Translations under genes and position numbers: made by a program
In this document: in pieces, positions 10,862-23,662 of the stretch
Numbering within the stretch: the first letter of the stretch is position 1
Layout of the letters: every line of letters begins with the position of its first letter
Source: an uncultured virus (IMG/VR IMGVR_UViG_3300029288_000157)
Lineage: Duplodnaviria > Heunggongvirae > Uroviricota > Caudoviricetes
Virus record (IMG/VR): IMGVR_UViG_3300029288_000157
Reading direction: 5' to 3' (one strand)
Length of the DNA stretch: 64,000 bases
The notes under the pieces: generated by a model
The model's input: the letters and a program-made list of their open reading frames with translations, nothing else
The model's database searches: none
Told to the model about the DNA's origin: nothing

Positions 10862-11458
10862 ATGACAAATAAACCACCGATTAGAGTAGCCGTCTATGGA
10901 AAGGGGCTGCCAAAAGTAAGATTTGCCTTCACAGGTGAGCCACCCATCTACATTTTTTCACTCCAACGAAGACAATATGATACTACTAGAAACGATATAT
11001 TTGTGTATGATTGGAAGTATTCAAATTCTATGGGGTCAATTGATAAAATATTATTTGATTTCACAGAGTTTATCGAAAACTTTAAACAATACGTAAAATC
11101 AGGAACCATTATCATAGACAGAATGACAGATCTTATTCATTTCATTGATTACAAAGAAAAAGAACGCTCGCAAGTATTTTTACCAAGGACTTCCAGTATC
11201 ATTAAAGATATCATCACACAACTCATCTCAACCAACCTCGATATCGTCATGCTCTTTGGAGAAAAGGAAATCTGGGTAAAAGATAAACCATCAGGGTATT
11301 ACGATCCAGACTGGATTGAAGAGATTAAATACATGATACACTTTAAAATCCATGCTCTACCAAATGAGTATAGACAAGTTAACAGACTGGCCTACGCTTA
11401 CCGAATAATGGACGAACCAACCATCTCCTACTTAAAATCAATTCAACCAGGGGATTAA
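10862..11458 (+). CDS. Degenerate paralog of the AAA_24/Sak4-like ATPase (Walker A lost)
   Basis: Colinear similarity to 27177..28007; P-loop reads YGKGLPKV. Confidence 0.7.
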   Translation: MTNKPPIRVAVYGKGLPKVRFAFTGEPPIYIFSLQRRQYDTTRNDIFVYDWKYSNSMGSIDKILFDFTEFIENFKQYVKSGTIIIDRMTDLIHFIDYKEKERSQVFLPRTSSIIKDIITQLISTNLDIVMLFGEKEIWVKDKPSGYYDPDWIEEIKYMIHFKIHALPNEYRQVNRLAYAYRIMDEPTISYLKSIQPGD

Positions 11459-11832
11459 AATGACAGAATGCTCAAACTGCCCAACCAAGTGCCACATGGA
11501 AGCCCGGAGATATGAATGCACTGGCTTATCCAAGTCAGACAACGACCGGATCAAATATCTCTGCGGCTGTGACAAAACCAAAGGAAAGCATATCGAGTAT
11601 ATTATTAGGTGAAATTATGACAAGAAAAACCACTTTCACTTGTGACGCCTGCGGCAATGAATACACCCAACTCCAAGACTTCCAAGTAATTTTCAACTCT
11701 CCCATTTTAAAGGCACTCGGAGCCGATCCCGAAGTCTACGATGCATGCTCACCCACCTGCCTGTTACGGATTGCCGACGCGATTAAGACACAATGCGACA
11801 AGGTCAATGATCCACATATTATAAGGTAAATC

Positions 11833-12435
11833 ATGACACAACCAACATATAGTGACGGCACATTGTTTGATTCACTGCACAAACATCCATTCATCGTTTT
11901 TGAAGGAGTAGATTCAAGCGGAAAAACTACAATCTCAAAGAAGGTAGCCAATCATTTTGATAAATCGTATTTATCCAGTGAACCATTTCTTATTCAATAC
12001 TACATTAGTCATTTATACTCGTGTAATCCTTATAAAAGAGCATTGTTATTTGCAGCGGATAGGGCAAGCCATTGCGAAGTATTAGAGCAGTTTCTTAAAC
12101 ACCGAGTGTGTATAACCGACCGCTATTTCTTTTCAAACCTCGTTTATCAGTCCGTTCTTGACAACGTCCCACTACCATGGCTCCATGCAATCCAACCACC
12201 CAACCTCATCAAGCCAGACCTCGTCATTTTCTGCACCGGTGATCTCTACACCGTCCTCGGTCGCTGCATAGCCAAAGGCGAGACCCAATGGGACTACGAA
12301 ACCCTGTCCAAACTCCAGAGCGCCTACCACGACGTCCTCAAATTCGAGAAGCATCTCATAATTGATACCACCAAGCAGAGCATCGACGAGTGCGTCAGTC
12401 AGTGCATCACCGAAATCGAGAAGTTGATAACATGA
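11833..12435 (+). CDS. tmk: Thymidylate (dTMP) kinase
   Basis: FIVFEGVDSSGKTT, EP, LLFAADR, ITDRY..S..YQ, KPDLVIF. Confidence 0.92.
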   Translation: MTQPTYSDGTLFDSLHKHPFIVFEGVDSSGKTTISKKVANHFDKSYLSSEPFLIQYYISHLYSCNPYKRALLFAADRASHCEVLEQFLKHRVCITDRYFFSNLVYQSVLDNVPLPWLHAIQPPNLIKPDLVIFCTGDLYTVLGRCIAKGETQWDYETLSKLQSAYHDVLKFEKHLIIDTTKQSIDECVSQCITEIEKLIT

Positions 12436-12882
12436 ACGTAAAAGAACTTAAAGAAATTATAAAAGACTTACCAGATGAAATGCCAGTGATACCTGCATAC
12501 TATGGTGAGTGGGACACACATTACGGTTGTCATTTAGAATTCAGAGTAGAAGAACTTACCATGGATGACACTGGTGTTTTTGAGGGAACCGCATTGGAGG
12601 TTGCATTATTTTGAACATAAAAACCCTTAAATCCAGCATCTCCCAATTTAACGACGACCAGGAAGTCCTAATCACGTGCTACACCGAAACGGGCAGCCTC
12701 CTCTACTTCGACTGTCTATTCGTCGAGCAGCAGGGCCACTTCATCATTATCGGCCAAGACGTCAGCGGTCCCAACTATCCTGGAGAAGTGTGAGAAACTA
12801 TGACTATTATAGAGATGTGTATGGAAATGATACTTATTTTAGTAGCATTCTATGTTGGATTATACCTAGGAGGATATAAACT

Positions 12883-13266
12883 ATGAGCAACCCATTCGAA
12901 AAAGTCCTCGGGGTGACTCCTGAACCCAAAGTCTTGGAATTATTTTTACCATTTGAAACATCGAAGTATCAAATAGACTTCATCCAAGAATTTACTGGAA
13001 TTAAAATAAAGAAATTACGTAAGATAATTCGAAAGTTCATGAAATGGAATATACTTATAGAGACTAAATCACCGATTATATCAACTAATTCAAGAAATAG
13101 TAATGAAAGCTATTTTCAAGGATGTGAATATTTTTATACTGTAAATCTTGAATCTCCACTCGTCAAGGCCATCCAAGCATTCAACAACGCCATGATCGAG
13201 GAAATAATCGGCGAGGAAGGGCTATATGAAATCCACGACTATTTAGAGGAACATCGGGATGATTAA
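12883..13266 (+). CDS. Winged helix-turn-helix protein, archaeal type
   Basis: VLELFL...IQEFTGI...LRKII...WNIL...YTVNLESPLV pattern. Confidence 0.55.
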   Translation: MSNPFEKVLGVTPEPKVLELFLPFETSKYQIDFIQEFTGIKIKKLRKIIRKFMKWNILIETKSPIISTNSRNSNESYFQGCEYFYTVNLESPLVKAIQAFNNAMIEEIIGEEGLYEIHDYLEEHRDD

Positions 13267-13268
13267 TT

Positions 13269-13853
13269 ATGAGATTAAAAGAACTGGTTAACTGGTGGTG
13301 CTATGGAGACAAGAGCAATATAATTCAATCAGATAAACGAAGTAATTCAATGCCTAACGTTGCGACCCCTAACACTTGTAATCTCCCAGAAGATTTAATT
13401 AATGATCTTAATCGTATAATAAAGTCTATAGATATTACATATGGTTCATTGTATCACGGAGGAATGAGTCGTGGAGGATGGTATCATGATGAGTATATTG
13501 GAATACATTATTGTTATCATGATTTATTTACTAGGAAAAATTATGAAACGTATGAAATCGAATTCATGTCAGATGATATGTGTGTTAGTGTTCCAATGTA
13601 TTCTCATACCAAATACTATTCCACGAAAGGCGCCCTAATTAAAACAGAAACGATCACAGGTGAACAGTTTGTATTAAGCGACTTCATTAAATTATTGAAT
13701 TATTTATACCCAATAGAACAGAAATACCTCACTAGGGTTCAAGAAGAAACCCGATCAATGGAAGCATGCAAATTAAAACACGAATTGGAAAAATTAACAC
13801 ATATAAAAATTGCAGAACAAAAAATTCAACAGTTTAGAGACAAGTCATCATGA
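13269..13853 (+). CDS. Hypothetical protein with C-terminal coiled coil
   Basis: 194 aa AT-rich ORF. Confidence 0.6.
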   Translation: MRLKELVNWWCYGDKSNIIQSDKRSNSMPNVATPNTCNLPEDLINDLNRIIKSIDITYGSLYHGGMSRGGWYHDEYIGIHYCYHDLFTRKNYETYEIEFMSDDMCVSVPMYSHTKYYSTKGALIKTETITGEQFVLSDFIKLLNYLYPIEQKYLTRVQEETRSMEACKLKHELEKLTHIKIAEQKIQQFRDKSS

Positions 13854-13875
13854 AAACAAGTGCATGCCAACGCGA

Positions 13876-13971
13876 CGGTGTCAACAAATAAAAGAAAGGA
13901 AAGAAGATTCCCTTCTCTTACTTTACTGTGGTGTGCACATACCCATTAGTAACTAACACTATATAAACTTT
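13876..13971 (+). promoter_or_regulatory. Composite dispersed element, copy 3
   Basis: CGGTGTCAACAAA (13876), hairpin, GTGCAC (13933), TATAAA (13962), ATG at 13985. Confidence 0.85.
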
Positions 13972-14459
13972 ATGGAGAAAAATTATGCCATTAGCATCTA
14001 TATGCCTAACCTGTGTATTCTATTTAGAAGAATTAGAACGATGTTTCCTTAATAGAACACCAGACGAATGGATTAGCATACCATGCACATGCGATTACCA
14101 CGTTTCCATGGAAGAAGCCTACGAATGGAAAACAAAGGAACTGGAAGAAACTATGGAAGAGAATTCTGCTTATCTACCGAACTTCATAGTAACGAGGATT
14201 ACGCTATAATGACCCCTACCCAACGACACCCAACCCTCTCCCCATCAGACAAGTTCCACATAACCCTAACCGCCACGTGCCCACATTGCCAGAAGCCCTG
14301 GACTTTCACCCTCGACGAATTAGAACGCATGACCCTTTATAACAACTTCGCAATCTGCACTTGCAATCAAACCCGACTACACTGGCGTCACGACGGGGAT
14401 CTCGCCTTCGACATCATCGACAGCATCACTGACAAAACCATCTTGGAGGCAATTAAGAA

Positions 14460-14780
14460 ATGACAAACCAACCAGACAAACCGGAATATCGAGTTGACTA
14501 CTCACCCAAATGCATCCACTGCAATAATTACGACTACTCTGACGACTACTGCGAAGCCCAGACCGACGACGACCCCGAACTCACCTACCCCGCTTGCAAC
14601 CAGTTCTCCCAACGGCAAGACGACTACTGCACCTCTTGCGGCAAGCCCTACGACGAATCAATTGACGAGCCGGTCACCGAACCAGACGGCAGTGAAGAGT
14701 TCTGGGGAGCACGAGTCATGCGCCCCGACGTCGTGGTTGGATTTATATGTGATGATTGCGGAGAATACAACGAATTATAA
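14460..14780 (+). CDS. Cys-rich double Zn-ribbon protein (paralog of 23663..23968)
   Basis: C..F.QR..YC..CG.P...PDG...GF.C..CGE is shared with 23663..23968. Confidence 0.7.
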   Translation: MTNQPDKPEYRVDYSPKCIHCNNYDYSDDYCEAQTDDDPELTYPACNQFSQRQDDYCTSCGKPYDESIDEPVTEPDGSEEFWGARVMRPDVVVGFICDDCGEYNEL

Positions 14781-14826
14781 GAGACAGTGCCTGTCTCTAT
14801 AAGACTCTGCGCATTCTAAAAAGAAC
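14775..14826 (+). repeat. Dispersed hairpin element, TGC-triloop type
   Basis: AGAGACAG-TGC-CTGTCTCT, then CTGCGCATTCTAAAAAGAA. Confidence 0.85.
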
Positions 14827-15451
14827 AAAGACACATCGTAAAGAAAAAGAGAGATAGGAAGAGAAAAAATTATGACTCAAAAATGTAAACATTACGAATT
14901 TACAACCGATGGAATGCCATGGAATGAACCAGTATATATTTGTAAATTAGAGGATGGCCAAGAATACCCACCCTATTACTGCCCATTTGAAAAAAGATTC
15001 TATGTTGCGGAGAGGTTTTGTAAATACTATGAAAGAAACGAGGAGTAAACCATGTGGATAGACATAGACAGTGACACCCTTATAAAAGAAATAAAGAAAA
15101 CCTACGACGTAGAAGAAATTTATAGTGATGCCGACATAATATATTACGTAACGCACACCTTCGAACCCGACGAAGTATTTACAGAAAACGAATTAGCCCA
15201 ATGGGCACTAGCCAACGGGTTCACCCTAGAGGAATAATAAATGACTAACAATGAAGAAAATTATAAAGACAAAGAATGCCCACTATCCTATAATTGTTTA
15301 GAACCAGTTCCAGATCAATATGGAATAGCATATATACACAACACCAAATATTGTAACACCACGCATTGTGCTGCATGGCAGAGATGCGGTGGAACAGTAA
15401 AAGAACCCATTTATGGATGTCGATTCATAGAACGTGGATGGGAGTATTAAA

Positions 15452-15877
15452 ATGACACAAAAAGTAGTAATCAATAAACGCTACGGAGGCTTCGGGCTTT
15501 CACCAAAAGCAGAAGTTGCATACCTGAAACGCAAAGGCAAGACCGCATACTTCTACGATCCAAACTTTACAACAAAAGTATGGACAAAAGTAATCGACAT
15601 CTCACAATTAACTTGGTTTTATCACACCGTTACCGTTGATTTAGGAGACACTGTCCCTGATGATTGCGACGACTACGACGATGCCGATTACTTTTCCTCT
15701 TACCGAATTCCACGCGATGACCCAGACTTAATCGCAGTAGTAGAAGGACTTGGAAAAGAATCCTGGAGCATACATTCTGAATTAGCAATAATAGAAATCC
15801 CCGACGACGTAGATTGGGAAATCGACGAATACGATGGATGGGAATCAATCCATGAAAAACACCGCACTTGGAGTTAA
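15452..15877 (+). CDS. Conserved phage-type hypothetical protein
   Basis: KVVIN..YGGFGLS...RDDPDLIAVVE.LG...IDEYDG.E.IHE.HR.W, a pattern I recognise from phage proteins. Confidence 0.8.
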   Translation: MTQKVVINKRYGGFGLSPKAEVAYLKRKGKTAYFYDPNFTTKVWTKVIDISQLTWFYHTVTVDLGDTVPDDCDDYDDADYFSSYRIPRDDPDLIAVVEGLGKESWSIHSELAIIEIPDDVDWEIDEYDGWESIHEKHRTWS

Positions 15878-15879
15878 TT

Positions 15880-16272
15880 ATGCCTATAAAAGATGATATA
15901 TTCGAATCAGCAAATAAAAGCGTTGCTGTATTTGAATTATCTCATAAATTGAGTAAAGTTCTTGAGTGGGATAAGTGGATCAAAGAAATTCCATTCATTC
16001 CATTTTCAAAAAAGTGGGAAGTTAAAATTATCCCACCTACACAGGGAGCAATTGTTCGGTTCCGTGTTAGAATTAGAAAATACAAAGATGCTAAATACAT
16101 ATCAGTTTACCTTGACTGTTATGATATATTGGGTTCATTTGGTTCACCATACTGGGAAATATACCCAAACAAAGAAGGAGACGTTTCAAGAATACCAATG
16201 AACGATATGGATGAATTACTGGCCGAATTAAAAGAAGCCTTTAAGTATTTATACAAAGATGATAATAAATGA
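15880..16272 (+). CDS. Hypothetical protein (paralog A)
   Basis: Clear similarity to 16518..16889. Confidence 0.8.
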   Translation: MPIKDDIFESANKSVAVFELSHKLSKVLEWDKWIKEIPFIPFSKKWEVKIIPPTQGAIVRFRVRIRKYKDAKYISVYLDCYDILGSFGSPYWEIYPNKEGDVSRIPMNDMDELLAELKEAFKYLYKDDNK

Positions 16273-16517
16273 ATACCCAACTAGCAACCATACCACCAAT
16301 CAAAGACCGGATGCATCGAAATTGTAATGAATGCTATTGGTATGATACAGGTTATTATTATGGATGTTCTTTATTTTTCATTGGATATAGGTCTGATAGA
16401 AATATTCATGAACATGACGTAAATTGGATGAGATCGCAAAAACTGCCCTGTCGATTCCACCTAATGGAGGACGAACTCAAGCAGATATTAGATCCCTACT
16501 TCATGGAGTAACCAAAA

Positions 16518-16889
16518 ATGAACACACTTGAAACTTTACTAGAAGAAGCATCAGAGAAGAGATTCAATCGACTATTATTATCCTACCAATTGGAAAAAGA
16601 ATTCAATTGGCAAAAATGGATTCATGAAATTCCATACATTTCATTCCCATCTGAATGGTCAGTTAAAGTGATTCCACCATACAATGGATCGATAATCAGG
16701 TTCCTTGTTAAATTAAAAACAGAACCAGATAGTCACAGAATATCAGTATTTCTTGATTGTTATGATGTACAAGGTTCAGTAGGATATCCATATTGGAAAA
16801 TCTACCCTGATAAAGAAGGATGTCCTTTACGAATTCCAATGAACAACGTCGACGAATTCCTAACCGAACTCAACGAAGCCCTGAACTAA
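16518..16889 (+). CDS. Hypothetical protein (paralog B)
   Basis: W.KWI.EIP.I.F...W.VK.IPP...RF.V...ISV.LDCYD..G..G.PYW.IYP is shared with 15880..16272. Confidence 0.8.
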   Translation: MNTLETLLEEASEKRFNRLLLSYQLEKEFNWQKWIHEIPYISFPSEWSVKVIPPYNGSIIRFLVKLKTEPDSHRISVFLDCYDVQGSVGYPYWKIYPDKEGCPLRIPMNNVDEFLTELNEALN

Positions 16890-19047
16890 TCTATACGAGA
16901 ACCAACAATGCCAACAAAAATCTTAAAGATCACTCAATGTTGTCAGTGCCACCATCAAAAAGTAGTTCGAGACATATATAACGAAAAAATCATAGGCATG
17001 AACTGTGATCTATCCCACCGACCATTAGAATACAAACATTGGAGTGGCCTTGAACTCGTTGATGATCATGCCTTCCCAGAATGGTGCGAATTACCAAGCG
17101 AATCAAGTGTTGAGGAATTCTCATGACCACCGATGGTTTCTTTTATCATGGCGCTTGGATAGATTACAGCGAACTTACATACAACTACGATAAATATCGC
17201 AACTACTTATGCTGCCCTACACACAATCTCATGGGATATCACAAACCAAACAACTACGATCCAGCCTCATCAATTGAACCACAGGAAGGATCATATTGCG
17301 GCCTCACCTACGCCTTCTGCTATCTAAAAGGCGATTCTTATCCCATTAAAATAGAATCCCATAAGAGCGACCTTCCTCCCCACCTCCAAAGCATAATACC
17401 AAGACCCCGATGGTGCCCCTTAAAGGAGACAAAATGAAACCCTACCTAGACAAACCAATATTGTATTCAATTGAACAGCCAAGTGACAACCACCTCATCA
17501 TCTACTTTGGTAAAAACGAGAACATAATCGAGATCAAAACACCAAACCAACACGTCATATCACTAATGTCCCAGTTCTTCAAGGACTACGATGTGTTTCA
17601 AGATCTTCATGATATAGTATTTGAAATACAGCATCGTCCTGAAGACAGAGAATCAATAATAAATGCCGTATTGAAAGCATGCAGAAGATACATAAATGAG
17701 GATGCTGAGTAATGACAACCTATTATTTCATGACCGACCAAGGAATTGACTTCGATTTCACTCAAATAAAAGTCAAACTCTTATCCAAACTCTCCGACCT
17801 ACCACAATCCATCCAGAACTACGAATCAAAGGGCTACCACGTCGTCGGCATCAAACTTGATACAGCCTCCCCAGTAGCAGAACTCCTCTACGATCCCACC
17901 CTGTCAACCCCTGATCCAGACAGCCTGATCCACCGTGGCATCGAAGGCACCGAAACCGTAGACGAAGAGATTCCACGACTCCACGAATCCACAAATGAAA
18001 TGGAAATAAAAAGAAGTCCTATTATAGAAGAATCATTTGATTCTAATGAAACAGATGAATTACGAGGTGCATCAATCTATGGTGGTGCGTTTAGTTCATC
18101 AATTATCAATGGTAATGGAAAGATAATTCGTTTATTCTAGTAGGGTGAAAAAATGGATATTAAAGATTACACAATTGAAGAACTATTTGACGAAATAAAA
18201 CGTCGTGCAAATGAAGATAAATTTGGAAAATTAAAATTTTATGAAGGATATGATGATGAGATATATTTCGAGTATGGTTATAAAGTAGCACGCCTTATCA
18301 CCGGAGAATACTAATGAGGTAGAAAATGAATCAAGACACCTACACGAAATACTACAATTCATACAAACCAGCATTGTGTCATAGCAACTCGGAGGAACCA
18401 TGATTGATTTGGTAAAGTTATGGGAAATAATAAATGAATGAATTAACTGCTAGAAAAGGCGATAAGATTATATTTACTGGTGCTAGTAAAGGCCAAAGAG
18501 AATATGGTGTATATACCGGAAATTTTGATAATCTAATAATAGGAAACATATATACTATAAAACGAAAAGAAATGCATTCATGGCACACCAAGATATTTCT
18601 CCTTGAAGAAAAAGGAAGTTTCAATAGTGTATGTTTCGATGATCTGGAGGAGTTGATATAAAATGATCGACGACTACGACCAAATCCAACTCTACCAAAA
18701 GCACATTTACCCCTCTGGCAGAGTCCGTTACATCCCCGCAGAAAAGATCTACTCCTACGAACTCATCCAGCCCAACACCACTTACCTTGTAAAATCCCTA
18801 TCACGCGGAGGCGTGCACACTCGTTACATCAGAGAAGAAATCAAACCCAACTACGCACCCATTTTATCCGCTCTGATAGACTTCGAAGAAGAAGCCATCA
18901 ACATCCTCCATGATTCCAATGAGTTCAAGCCCAATAAAATTTTAACCCAGGAAGAACTAGACGCATGGGCCAAACTGTCCGGCACCAACCTCGTTTTCGA
19001 AGGCATCTCCATGCAGGAGTTCGTTAGTAAATTAATACAATTCCTAG

Positions 19048-19092
19048 AGGAAAGGGTTAGTGCCTACCCATTTTCAAACCCTACGCCAAGAA
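19048..19092 (+). repeat. Dispersed hairpin element, TGC-triloop type, inside the 3' end of ORF 18663..19133
   Basis: GAAAGGGTTAG-TGC-CTACCCATTTTC, then AAACCCTACGCCA and a purine tract. Confidence 0.75.
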
Positions 19093-20928
19093 AAGAAGGC
19101 AAAAAGAAAGACGGAGAACCGTATGAATGCTAGTGAATTGATATTGAAACTGCAACAACTAATACAAGAACATGGAGATTTAGATGTTTATCTAACATCA
19201 GATTATTTCAATGGGGATAATATAGGAGCATGTTATTTAGTCAGAAATGTAGAACAGAGTCATAACTTTGGTAAACATAATTCCAAGTTCTTCCTCATAG
19301 ATGACATAAAATACTTTTAAGGAGCATCAAGATGAAAAAATCAAACTGTAGCGGCTGCTACAACAACTTCTACAACCAAGGAAGCGTGGATGGTAACACC
19401 AAAGAATGTTGGATGTTCAAAAACGCCAAGATGATATGGTGTAAACTAATTCCAAACGATGTATATCCACAGGAATACTGGAAATACAAAAAACAACGAC
19501 TCCCATCCTGTTACCGAATACTAGGAAAACACGTATTCACAAGTGAAAATAAGTATTACCACGCCAAAAAAGGAGACTACAAACTCTAGGAGTGTAATCA
19601 TGACAAACTATGAATTTAAAGATTGGTATAATACATGGTCAAAAGATGCCCTGATAAATCGTCTCATGAAACTGGATGAATTTTTCTTCGACGTAAGGCA
19701 TACTATACCACAACGACTGTGCCTAATAACAACAGATGATGAATACTCAAATGGATACAATGATGCAATAAAAACTTGTAATTCATTAATAGAACATTAT
19801 ACTGATCGATTTAGAACAGGAAAAGTGATAGCAAATAGGCATATACATTATGAGTAAAAATGTATTTCAATGTAACGATTGTTTTGATGAGTTCAAATAC
19901 AATTGCGATATCAGATCCATTAAATTAAGGTGTAAAAGTAATTTTACTCATTACTTGATTACTGGATGCTCTAAAGACACTGGATACTATTATATAGAGG
20001 AAATGTAATGTCAGGACATTTTGAACACGGAGCATGGGTAGAGACTCATCCAGACGAAACGATAACTTTTAAAAACTGTAAGTTAAAGTTAGATGACAAC
20101 CCAGAATCTCCATTTGTTTGTTGTAACATTTCATTCAAACCAAAATACGACGACGTAATTGATTCATTATCTTCTTTGTTTCCACTGTTTGAAAATGAAG
20201 TCTTGAACACATCACTGAAAATAGAATGTTCAATTGATGATCACATAAAGTTCGAAAAAGGAAAATCAATTAGGTTGAGCGATCAATTCAAGGAGGAATT
20301 ATAATGGGCACCGGTATAGGCATTGACTGTAGACGCTGTGGCGATCAACTCAATTACGACGACGGCTTTGACGACCGACTTCAACTCTGTCATCGCTGCG
20401 CCAGTATCGTCAAGTTCGATCAACTCTCAAAATCAGAAACCTGCAGAGACCCTGACGACTACTACCACACTCCATACGGCATCTCATCATTCGACACCAA
20501 AGTCCTCATTGACGAGTTACGAGGCCGCATCGAATGGAACATGGAAGAGAGTGAGAAAGACGAGATACTTGAAATGAGTAAACAAATATTAAAAGATAGG
20601 TATCCTGCAATATATGACAAATTAGACGAATGGTTACAATATTCGCCGCTAGATCGATCAATTGTAATCAAATTACCAGAGAGATGAAACATGAATGAAA
20701 CTACAATTAATCTTTTAAAAGAAATAAAATCTCCAACAGAAGCAAATAATACTCTAGTAGATTGGCGAATTTATAATGTATTAAACCACCTTGGAGACTT
20801 GTTAACAGAACAAATTCTTGAACAGAGAAAGCAAACAAAACAATTGGATCTCATGAATCATTATCTATACGAAATAAGTATGGACATAAAGATGATCAAA
20901 GATTTTTCATCTAATGGATGAGTAAAAT

Positions 20929-21477
20929 ATGTCATTAAAAGATTACTTATTTGGATCTCCTATATGGGAGTATCCTAGCGAACCATATCAATCAAAACTA
21001 TTGAGTGAGGATGAAATAACTCCACAAATTAGAAACGATTTAGATTATGGAGCCAAGTTATCAAATAGATTAGAATTCTTGAGCCAACAAGGTTATAACA
21101 AGATACATCAAATACCATGGAAGGGAATGGGTTATGATGACGATACTATTACGGTATATGCACACGATTACACATCCACATTTGTACAATACGGTCGAAG
21201 TTTAACAATATTTATTGTAGGAAAAGTGAAAGAAACTAACCAGCGTATACACATCGTGAATAGTGAAATTGCATTTTCCGAACAACACGTTCATTATGAT
21301 ACTACTTATAGAGAGTGTGTATATGATTATATTCAGCATTATGCTCCCATTAAATGGAACTGTTCTGAAGAATGTAAACAAAACATCCTCAAATACATCG
21401 ATGATAATATATTTAATATTGATGTGGTTCCGATAAAAGACTTGTATTGTAAACATTTATCAGAAATAATGAAGTGA
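20929..21477 (+). CDS. Hypothetical protein (possible paralog family)
   Basis: MSLKDYLFGS N-terminus; CSEECKQNILKYID motif. Confidence 0.6.
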   Translation: MSLKDYLFGSPIWEYPSEPYQSKLLSEDEITPQIRNDLDYGAKLSNRLEFLSQQGYNKIHQIPWKGMGYDDDTITVYAHDYTSTFVQYGRSLTIFIVGKVKETNQRIHIVNSEIAFSEQHVHYDTTYRECVYDYIQHYAPIKWNCSEECKQNILKYIDDNIFNIDVVPIKDLYCKHLSEIMK

Positions 21478-21527
21478 TTAAAAAATGTCAAAATTTAAAA
21501 ACACGCCAATTACTGGCCTAAACGAAC

Positions 21528-21566
21528 GGAGGGGCCGCTGCGCGCCCCTTCCAACCCCACGCATTG
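21528..21566 (+). repeat. Dispersed hairpin element, TGC-triloop type
   Basis: GGAGGGGCCGC-TGC-GCGCCCCTTCC, then AACCCCACGCATT. Confidence 0.85.
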
Positions 21567-22573
21567 TTAGGAGTGAGAATAATGATTGAAAATTATATTA
21601 TGCTCATAAAAGCCATTGCAACCTCGATTATCATCATCATAGCATGCTTATTGTATAGCCACCTAGAAAAAGAATTTACCCGCCTTCTAAACGACAGGGA
21701 CACTTACTCGTTGTTCACACGAATCGAACAGTTCTTTCTAACAGTCATCGTAACAGTCTTGCTGGTAGTGGGATGGAGCATTTAGTGGAGTAAAAATGAT
21801 CATAGGAATAACCAAAGGTCTGACTGCTTGGCTCCAAGAAGAACCTAGAAAAAATAGAAAAATGAGAGAACAACAAGCAAAAGAAAATGAAGTAAAAATG
21901 ACAGAGGAAAATAATGGAATACATAAGTAAATATTTTCCATTCATTGATTTAAACGATTTTATATATTTTCTTACAATCACAATACTGTGTGTATTAACA
22001 TTATTTGCTTGTATATATGGCATTTCAAAATTTCCACATGATAATACCAAACTTACGCAAATTTACATTATTATGGGTATTATAATATTTATATCATTAA
22101 TACATTTAAAAATGTTATTAAATAGAATCAGAAGTATAAACAACTATGTAAAGAAGTGAATTAAAGATGAAAGTAAGACTTATCTTACGAAATGGAGTTG
22201 CTGATTCAGAAGGTAAACTTGCTGAATATCGTTACATGACCTATGTAATTGATCTGCCATCTGAAATTGCAATGGATCGTCCTGATGTAATTGGAGCGGA
22301 GTATTTAAAGGAGTAAAATGAAAGTAATAATCATAAACAAGACCTCAATTAGTGACCCGAGATTACTAACTCTAAAACCACTCTACGAACTACCAGGCGA
22401 AGGAATCATCTACGTCTCGCACGAACTGCCGCCTGACAAGGAAAACTGGGTCTTGATTGATTACAAACACGACTTGACAACCTACAGCACAACCCACAAC
22501 CTCTTCCTTAAAACTGCCCGGATCTCACACCAAAGAATGCTCTTCCGCTCTCTCCTCCCACTGAACACCTCCC

Positions 22574-22607
22574 ATGAAACACCAAATGAAACACCAAATG
22601 AAATACC
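22574..22607 (+). repeat. In-frame 12-bp tandem repeat (ATGAAACACCAA, about 2.8 units)
   Basis: Visible directly; encodes HETPNETPNEIP in ORF 22318..22833. Confidence 0.8.
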
Positions 22608-22780
22608 CCCACCACCACGCCCGACTCCTGCTGTATCAACATGCACTTGTACAGCACCTGCAGGACACCGGACCAAGATCTGCAACTCCTGCGACCATTA
22701 CGAAATCGAAACCCAAACCTGTGAACGACACCCCCAATCCTTGGATATGGCAAACATAATCAAGTTCAAATGTGGAGAGT

Positions 22781-22818
22781 TCAGGGGATGTTTAAACACT
22801 CCCCTTGAAACCCCTAGT
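22781..22818 (+). repeat. Dispersed hairpin element
   Basis: TCAGGGGATG-TTTAAA-CACTCCCCTTGA, then AACCCCTAGT and a purine tract. Confidence 0.8.
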
Positions 22819-23662
22819 AGAGAAAAGAGGTAAGATAACTATGAAAGAGAAAGAAGAATTAACTGAAGAACAAGTTGCCAAATGGTTACAAGATCATAAG
22901 AAAATATTTTTCCAACTCATAGAAGATCCTATGTATTATGGAGTGTGCTATATGATCCAAGATCCATCAGAATATATTGAATATAAAGGTGACATTCCAT
23001 TTGAGCAAAAATTTAAAATTGGACCGGGTAAATATTGGGATGCTTATTATAATTGTGGTGTATGGTATACTCGTATAGAACCAACTCCTTATCCGTACAC
23101 TATGAAAAACCCCTATGATAAGTATTATACAGTTTACTTTTCCCGGAGAAACCCGCAATTAATTGAACTTGAAAAAGAAAATGAGAAATTTAAGGAAGAA
23201 ATGAAACAGAATTTACACACTCATTGGTGGAAATAATTATGAAAGAAATACCAAAACCCAAAGACTATTACTCGTGTATAGAATATTATCATCCGTTTTA
23301 TGACATACTTTACAATATAAAATGTAAAGTTAAACTGAAATATGGGTGCTCAAAAAATTCCTACACCATAGGAAAACTACATCTTAACTTTAATACAGAA
23401 AGTATTAAGATTTATTATGGAAAATCAAAAGATATGGAAATAGTTTCCTGCGATCCGTATGGTGATAGTTGGACATCAGGAATAGAATTAGACGAAAGGG
23501 CCGTAATATACAACATTCTTTTAGACGAGTTGCAATTTCTAAAATGTAATGAAAAAAGAAATCTGTTTTCAACTCGAAGAAAGAACAAAAGGAACAGAGA
23601 ATACTTAATGTGCAGTCTTAAAAAGTATCTTTCTGAACAATAATTCACATCGGAGAATAAAA

